Origin: Alphaproteobacteria bacterium
GTDB taxonomy: Bacteria > Pseudomonadota > Alphaproteobacteria > MPNO01 > UBA830
NCBI GenBank assembly: GCA_965243135.1
Contig: OZ251539.1
Location: 64,001 to 128,000 of the forward strand
Direction: 5' to 3'
Length of the DNA stretch: 64,000 nucleotides
Below are positions 58,341 through 64,000 of the stretch, piece by piece (position 1 is the stretch's first letter; each line of letters starts with the position of its first letter). Below the pieces are notes generated by a model. That model did not search any database, had not been told where the DNA came from, and was given only the letters and a program-made list of their open reading frames with translations. The position numbers were made by a program, and so were the translations under genes.

Positions 58341-58573
58341 CGCGGACAGGCGGGACAGTATATACCCGTTCACGGCCGTTTAGCGTATTTCTCGTACCGG
58401 CAGGGATCGAGGGTTTCGCGGACAGGCGGGACAGTATATACCCGTTCACGGCCGTTTAGCGTATTTCTCGTACCGGCAGGGATCGAGGGTTTCGCGGACA
58501 GGCGGGACAGTATATACCCGTTCACGGCCGTTTAGCGTATTTCTCGTACCGGCAGGGATCGAGGGTTTCGCGG
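58341..58573. repeat. Perfect tandem repeat, 3 x 76 bp
   Basis: Units start at 58341, 58417 and 58493: cgcggacaggcgggacagtatatacccgttcacggccgtttagcgtatttctcgtaccggcagggatcgagggttt. Confidence 0.95.
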
Positions 58574-58700
58574 CGTCGCGTCCGGTCGGCCCCCCTCCCG
58601 ACCTCCCCCCTGTTCAGGGGGGAGGAGTGATAACGGCTCCCTCTCCCTTGCAGGGGGAGGGTCGGGGGTCGCGCCAGGGGGGAGGAGCGCGAACGGGCCC
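58539..58700. repeat. Composite palindromic (REP-like) intergenic element, copy B
   Basis: Shares ATTTCTCGTACCGGC, CCCCCCTCCCGACCTCCCCC and GGGGTCGCGCC..AGGGGGGAGGAGCG with copy A, in the same orientation. Confidence 0.8.
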
Positions 58701-58721
58701 TGCGGCGTCCCCGTTCTCTGG

Positions 58722-59807
58722 ATGACTTTCATGGACAAGCGGGTAGTATCGTGTTTCCGATGTCCCGAGCGCGAAGCGGAGATCCCCGTCGTCATGCGCG
58801 AAGCATCCGGACCATTCGTCGGCGAACCCTCGCCGGATGGCGGCTGCGCCGTCCCGGTCCCGTTGCGGCTCCGGGAGGCGGCGCGCGACGCCGTGGACCG
58901 GGGCCTCGCCTTTCTCGAGGCCGCCATCCGTCCCGACGGGGCCTGGACTTCGCGGTGTTACGACAACCTGGAGCTCGACGGACCCGCGAGGGAAGAGCAG
59001 GCTCCCTTCGTCGCCGCCCTCGGCGCGCTCACCCTGGCGGTTTGCGACGACCCCAGGTCCGCGGCCATCCGCGACCGGTCGGGGGAGTTCATCGTCCAGT
59101 CCATGAGCTATCCGGGCGTGTGGCGTTACTGGCCGCATCTCCCGAACGATCTCGACAGTCTCAGCGTCTGCTCCATGGCGATTCCGCGACACCCGTGGGT
59201 GTTGTTCGCCAAGAACGTCGGATGTCCGCCGGCGGCGCGGGACGACCGGGGCAGGTTCAGGACCTGGCTGACCCCGCCCACCGACGCCAACGCCATGGAC
59301 GTGGACAGCGTGGTGAACGCCAACGTCGTCGGTTACCTCGCCTTTCAGGGTCGCGACGCGTCGGGTGCGCGGGCGGCGGAGTGGCTCGCCGGTCTGGTCC
59401 GGGAAGGGAGCGGCGAGGGGAGCTCCCATTACTATCCCGACGTCCTGGACCTCTACGACGCCGTTGCCCGCGCCCGCGATCGGGGCGCGCCCGCGTTCCG
59501 GGACCTCGGGGTCCCGCTCGCGGACCGGATCCGGGCCCGGCGCGGGGCGGACGGCGGCTACGGCGATACGCTGCGCACCGCGCGCGCCCTCTCCGCCCTG
59601 CACCTCCTCGGGGCCGCGCCGGAGGGCGAGGACCTGTGGGCCACGCTCGAGCGGATCCTGCGCCGGCAACGGCCCGACGGAAGCTGGCCGGAGCATCTCT
59701 TCTGGCGGGGGCCGACGCCGCCGAGCCCGCCGACCGTGGGTTTCGCCTGCGAAATGCTCGACACCGCCTCGTGCATCGAGGCCCTCGTCCGGTCGGAACG
59801 GCCATGA
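58722..59807 (+). CDS. Monodomain class II terpene cyclase-like protein (prenyltransferase/squalene-oxidase repeat, alpha6/alpha6 barrel)
   Basis: QW-like motifs AVDRGLAFLEAAIRPDGAW and ILRRQRPDGSW; GVWRYW followed by PNDLDSLS (aligns with PDxDDTA); DVDSVVNAN; HYYP. Start may be 58794. Confidence 0.7.
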   Translation: MTFMDKRVVSCFRCPEREAEIPVVMREASGPFVGEPSPDGGCAVPVPLRLREAARDAVDRGLAFLEAAIRPDGAWTSRCYDNLELDGPAREEQAPFVAALGALTLAVCDDPRSAAIRDRSGEFIVQSMSYPGVWRYWPHLPNDLDSLSVCSMAIPRHPWVLFAKNVGCPPAARDDRGRFRTWLTPPTDANAMDVDSVVNANVVGYLAFQGRDASGARAAEWLAGLVREGSGEGSSHYYPDVLDLYDAVARARDRGAPAFRDLGVPLADRIRARRGADGGYGDTLRTARALSALHLLGAAPEGEDLWATLERILRRQRPDGSWPEHLFWRGPTPPSPPTVGFACEMLDTASCIEALVRSERP

Positions 59808-60720
59808 CCCGCGTGTTCTACCGCGACATGCGGGAGAAGCCTCCGGTCGCCGCGCGGGGCGAGGGCATCCACATCGTCGACGACGCGGGGAACCGCTATA
59901 TCGACGCCTCGGGCGGCGCCGCCGTGTCGACCCTGGGACATTCGGACCCCGACGTCCGCCGGGCGATCCTCGATCAGGTCGGGTCGCTCGCCTACGCGCA
60001 CACGGCCTTCTTCACGACGCGCGCGCAGGAAGACCTCGCCGATCTGCTGGTCGAGGCCTCGCCGTCCGGCCTCGATCGCGTCTACTTCGTCAGCGGCGGT
60101 TCGGAGGCCATGGACACGGCGCTCAAGCTCGCCCGCCAAGTACTTCGTCGACACCGGCGAACCGCAGCGCAGCCGCTTCATCGCCCGGCGGCAGAGCTAT
60201 CACGGGAACACGCTCGGCGCCCTCGCCGTCGGCGGCAACGCCGCGTGCCGGGCGCCCTTCGAGCCGCTCCTCGTCGACGTGGCCCGTATCTCGCCCTGCT
60301 ACGCCTATCGCGGCCGGAATCCGGGCGAATCGGAGGTGGCCTACGGCCTCCGGGTCGCGGACGAGCTCGAGTCGGCGATCCTGGCGCTCGGGCCGGAGAC
60401 CGTGATCGGGTTCGTCGCCGAGACCGTCGCCGGGTCGACCATCGGCGCCGTTCCCGCCGCGCCCGGGTATTTCGCCCGGATCCGCGAGATATGCGACTGC
60501 CACGGCGTCCTGCTCATCCTCGACGAGGTGATGTCGGGCATGGGCCGGACCGGAACCCTTTTCGCCTGCGAACAGGAGGGGGCGCGCCGGACCTCGTCGT
60601 CGTCGCCAAGGGGCCGGATACCAGCCCATCGGGGCCGTGCTCGCGTCGGAAGCCGTCTACCGCGATACTTCCGGCATGGCCACACGTACATGGGCCACGC
60701 CGCGGCGTGCGCGGCCGCCG
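59804..60720 (+). pseudogene. Class III PLP-dependent aminotransferase, frameshifted and deleted
   Basis: YIDASGGAAVSTLGH, FVSGGSEA, SYHGNT, LILDEVMSGMGRTG and HGHTYMGH are spread over several frames; ATGA overlap with the cyclase stop. Confidence 0.88.
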
Positions 60721-60830
60721 CGGTCCTGGCCGGGGGCGCCTTCGTGGCGGCCGAGGCGCCGGTGGCGGAGGCGCAACAGAAGTTCATCACGATCGGCACG
60801 GGCGGGGCGATCTGCCGTCTCGTCAACATC
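60720..60830 (+). pseudogene. TAXI-family TRAP solute-binding protein N-terminal fragment
   Basis: AEAQQKFITIGTGG|AICRLVN matches the TAXI consensus FITIGTGGVTGVYYPxGGAICRLVN with an internal deletion. Confidence 0.65.
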
Positions 60831-60869
60831 GGAGCCGGACGGGCCGGCGGGGAGCGAGGCCCGGTCCCT

Positions 60870-61045
60870 CATGCCTTCTTTGGCGGTTGACGTTCCTTGG
60901 GGCGACGGCTTTCGGACGGTCCGGACCTCGACGGCCGAGCGGGCGTTGTTCGAGATATTGAAGGACGTGCCGGCTCGGCCGGGGCAAGCGCGTACTCGCC
61001 AAGGGCGGCCGGTTGGTGAGCCGGTACGGGATCACCGTCCCGTGC
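60870..61045 (+). pseudogene. AbiEi-type (type IV toxin-antitoxin) antitoxin C-terminal fragment
   Basis: PWG..STAERALFEILKDVP and, in the next frame, LGRGKRVLAKGGRLVSRYGITVP. Confidence 0.6.
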
Positions 61046-61364
61046 GCAGGACCACAACGCCGCCGCGGCCAGCTACGCCGGCCGCTCGGCGGCCGGCCTC
61101 GTTCCCGCTGCGGTTCTCGCCGCCGTCACTCCGTGCCGCCATTCGTCGTCCTTCTCTCCCGGCGGGTCGGCGGGCTTTCCCTTCTTCCCCGGCGGTGCGC
61201 CGTCTCCGGACCTCTCCGAGTCCGGCAACCAGTCGCCCGGGCGGAGGGGTTCGGGATGGGAGCAACCGGCGAGCAGGGCGAGGCCCGCCCCGGCGGCGAG
61301 CGCGAGCCTCATCCGGCGACGAGGGCGCCGCAGGGTCCGTTCATTCTCCTCTTCCCCGACGCGA

Positions 61365-61400
61365 TCCCCACCCTCCCCCTGCAAGGGGAGGGAGAAGAAG
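61365..61400. repeat. Short REP-like palindrome related to copies A and B
   Basis: CCCCACCCTCCCCCTGCAAGGGGAGGGAG. Confidence 0.6.
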
Positions 61401-61715
61401 GGACGCGCGGCCGTCGTTCATTCGACCGGCGGCGCCGCGGCCGACTTCGTCAGGCGCGCAAGACCGACGAATTCGGCCCGGCGCACTACGCGTAGGGAGT
61501 GACCTGCTCGGAATCGAGTTTCGCCGGCGCAGTATCAACCATGGCAGGCGCCCGCGCTATCCGGTTGGGGCAACTGGGGACCGCCGCCCGGCGAGCGCAA
61601 CCGCGAGCCATGGCGCATCGTAGACACCGACCCGACCGTAAGGGAGCCACGCGGCACCACGGAACCGAGAGCGCGGGCGATCGGGGCGATGTCGGGACGG
61701 CCTGGGGTCCGAGCC

Positions 61716-64000
61716 TTACCAGCGCAGGCGCAGATCGAAGCGGACGCCGTGTTCGGGACGGATTGCGCCCTCCTTGCGTTCGGCTTCGAGACCCACGGCG
61801 AACCGCGGTCCCAACTCGAAGCGCATTCCCAGGCGGTAGCGCCGGTCGCCGTCCTCTTCGTAGCCGAACCCGGCGTAGGGCGTCGCCACCCCGGCCCCGT
61901 CCCGGAACCCGTACCCCAACTCCGCCTCCAGGCGCGCCGCGCCAGCGCCGCCGTCCGGGGACCCGCGCCCGGCGACGCCTTCGTTCCACAGGCGCGACAG
62001 GCCGCTCTCCGATGCCCCCCACTGCGGCGACAACTCGAACGACAGGCCGCGACCGTCCGGATCCGGCGACAGGCGCACCGAACCCGACGCGCCCCATTCC
62101 TCCATGGCGCCCGCGTGCGCCGCCAGCGTCCGGCCCCGCGCTTCCACCGCCAGACCCCGCGACGGCAGCGTCCATTCGAGGCCGCCGCCCAACTCCACGC
62201 CCGCGCCCGTCTCCCCGTCGCCCCCGTCCCAGCGCCCGCCCGCCTCCAGCGACGGCGTGAGCGTCCCGCCGCCCGGCAGCGCATACGCCCGGCTCCCCTC
62301 CGCCGCGAGCCGCAGGCGCCGCGTGTCCACCGCCACCGCCGCGAGCGCCGATCCGTTGTCGTCCACCGTGTACCGCGTCGCCTCCCCCGATCCCTTCAGC
62401 GCCAGCGTCAGGCCGCCCGCGGACCACACAGGAACCGAACCGCCAACCGCCGCGCCCATGAACGCGCTGTCGCCCCTCTGGACCCCGAACCGGTCCAGAA
62501 CCTCCGCGTCCGTGATCTCGATCTCGCCCTCGCCGTAGCCCAGCGTCCCCCACAGGCGCGCGCCGTCAGGGCCCGTCCACCCCAGATAGGGATGCACCGA
62601 CGTCATGCGGCTCTCGTGAACCCCCGACACCGCCGCCTCCCCGCTCCGGTCCGTGTACTCGATGGCGCTCTCGAACCACGACGCCCCCACGCCGCCCCGC
62701 AGGCGCGCGCCCAGCGGCGTGTCGATGCCCACGTGGGCCGAGAACAGCTCGCCCGACCAGTCCAGCGCCGCCTTGTCCAGCGACAGCGACCGGCGGTCTC
62801 CCGAACCCCACATCACCGCGCCCCCGGAACCGCCGCCGCCGGCACCGCCCGCGCCCACCGCGAACGTCCGGCCTGTCACCAGATCGCGCCACGACACCCC
62901 CTCCCCGTTGTCCTGCGATCCTTCCTGCGCTTTCAGGGCCGCCGCCGCCGCCGCCATGCCGGCGCCCGGTTCCGGCGACTCCAGGCGGCCCGCCACCGCG
63001 TCCACCACGCTTCCCCACGCCGCCCGCGACAGTTCCGGCAGGATCGACTCGTTGACCGCCGCGAGACGCGCGCGCGCCTCCTCCAGGTTCGACACCACCT
63101 CGATCGTGAACTCCACCTCGTCCGCGTCACCGTCGACGTCGGTCGCCGTCCACGCGTAGTCCCTCTTCGCGAACACCTCCGTCGGCGTCCCGCACAGCGC
63201 GAGCGCCTTCCTGCACGCCCCCGTCCCGTCCTCGTCGAACGCCAGCCCCGGCGGCAGGACCAGCGGCTCCGGCAACAACCGATGGCGCGTCCCGTCGCCG
63301 TCCGTCGCCTTCCGCAGCGTCACGGGGTCGATCTCCTCGTCCACCGTGAACACCAGCGCCGTCAGGGTGAAGTCGTCGGGGAACGCCGGCCTCGTGTCCG
63401 CGTACCCCACCGCGAACGGCGAGAACGCCGCCACGCCGTCGGCGCAGACCTGGATCGCCAGGCCATCCGGCCCCTCCACCTCGTCCGAACCCGGAACCGG
63501 CTCCCCGCGACGCAACAGCACCAGGTCCCGATCCCCCGCCGCCTCCCGTAGGCCGACCGTCACCGGCAGGCACAGCCGCACGCCGCCCGGCGGCGCGGGG
63601 GCGACGGTGACGTCCACCGCCACTCGCGAGGCCGCGTCCCGCCCGAGGGAGAACCCCGGACCCGCCGCCTCCGCCACCCGATCGGCGGGCAGCGGCGCGA
63701 CCGCCATCGACACCGCGCGGTCGAGGTCCTCCGGCAACGTGATCTCCACGTTCTCGGCGCCCTTCTCCACCGTCACCGTCACCAACCGGCCGTTCACGTT
63801 GTAGATCGTCGTCCCCGCCTCGTCGTCCGCTACGATCCTGGCGTCGCCGGCCTCGGCCACCGCCACGGACAAGGCGCGCGACACCCCGTCGTAGCCGCCG
63901 CCCGACGCCGCGTGCGTCAGCGTCGCCGCGTCGGCGAGGTCGTCGTCGTCCGCCATCGCCGTCACCGTCACTGTCCGGGGCGTCTTCCAGTTCGCCGCCG
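61716..64000 (-). CDS. Large surface protein with Ig/Calx-like repeats and a C-terminal autotransporter-type beta-barrel (5' end outside the window)
   Basis: Frame open to the window edge (NWKTPRTVTVTA..DDDD); LPPGLAFD Ig-like motif; barrel motifs HPYLGW, RWDGGDGETGAGVELGGG, LEAELGYG; terminal LRLRW. Confidence 0.85.
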   Translation of the reverse strand, partial: AANWKTPRTVTVTAMADDDDLADAATLTHAASGGGYDGVSRALSVAVAEAGDARIVADDEAGTTIYNVNGRLVTVTVEKGAENVEITLPEDLDRAVSMAVAPLPADRVAEAAGPGFSLGRDAASRVAVDVTVAPAPPGGVRLCLPVTVGLREAAGDRDLVLLRRGEPVPGSDEVEGPDGLAIQVCADGVAAFSPFAVGYADTRPAFPDDFTLTALVFTVDEEIDPVTLRKATDGDGTRHRLLPEPLVLPPGLAFDEDGTGACRKALALCGTPTEVFAKRDYAWTATDVDGDADEVEFTIEVVSNLEEARARLAAVNESILPELSRAAWGSVVDAVAGRLESPEPGAGMAAAAAALKAQEGSQDNGEGVSWRDLVTGRTFAVGAGGAGGGGSGGAVMWGSGDRRSLSLDKAALDWSGELFSAHVGIDTPLGARLRGGVGASWFESAIEYTDRSGEAAVSGVHESRMTSVHPYLGWTGPDGARLWGTLGYGEGEIEITDAEVLDRFGVQRGDSAFMGAAVGGSVPVWSAGGLTLALKGSGEATRYTVDDNGSALAAVAVDTRRLRLAAEGSRAYALPGGGTLTPSLEAGGRWDGGDGETGAGVELGGGLEWTLPSRGLAVEARGRTLAAHAGAMEEWGASGSVRLSPDPDGRGLSFELSPQWGASESGLSRLWNEGVAGRGSPDGGAGAARLEAELGYGFRDGAGVATPYAGFGYEEDGDRRYRLGMRFELGPRFAVGLEAERKEGAIRPEHGVRFDLRLRW

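Noticed and set aside
58341-58573. Possible CRISPR array
   Set aside because: The units are identical head-to-tail 76-mers with no unique spacers, and no cas genes are visible.

Overview
High-GC alphaproteobacterial chromosome segment (assigned from the 16S, and from FzlA and RegA homologues). From left to right: (i) housekeeping and catabolic genes, including an ABC-2 exporter, a decayed regA, fzlA, malonyl-CoA decarboxylase, frmA, a Rieske dioxygenase/hydrolase cluster and msrB; (ii) a lower-GC defence/mobile patch at about 17.3-28.4 kb, holding a type ISP-like restriction-modification gene split at a G17 tract and bracketed by ~157-bp direct repeats, an HNH nuclease paired with an RHH-fused beta-class DNA methyltransferase, and AAA-DUF4143, repC and DUF5131 relics; (iii) an hmfABCDE-like 2-furoate catabolic operon, an IS inserted in a DUF1194 gene, and a split ThDP decarboxylase plus aldehyde dehydrogenase; (iv) a complete rrn operon (16S, tRNA-Ile, tRNA-Ala, 23S, 5S, tRNA-fMet); (v) an island right after tRNA-fMet carrying the most interesting system, an NHLP (proteusin-type) RiPP cluster. 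That cluster has a short Cys-free core ending in Trp (RSFLESLFPHSGGNPTKDW), a putative ABBA-fold peptide prenyltransferase, the NHLM three-gene exporter and a stand-alone class II terpene-cyclase-like protein, which together predict a (cyclo)terpenylated peptide. The window ends with a mosaic of pseudogene fragments and the 3' part of a large autotransporter-like protein. All family calls were made by eye from remembered motifs; no searches were run.
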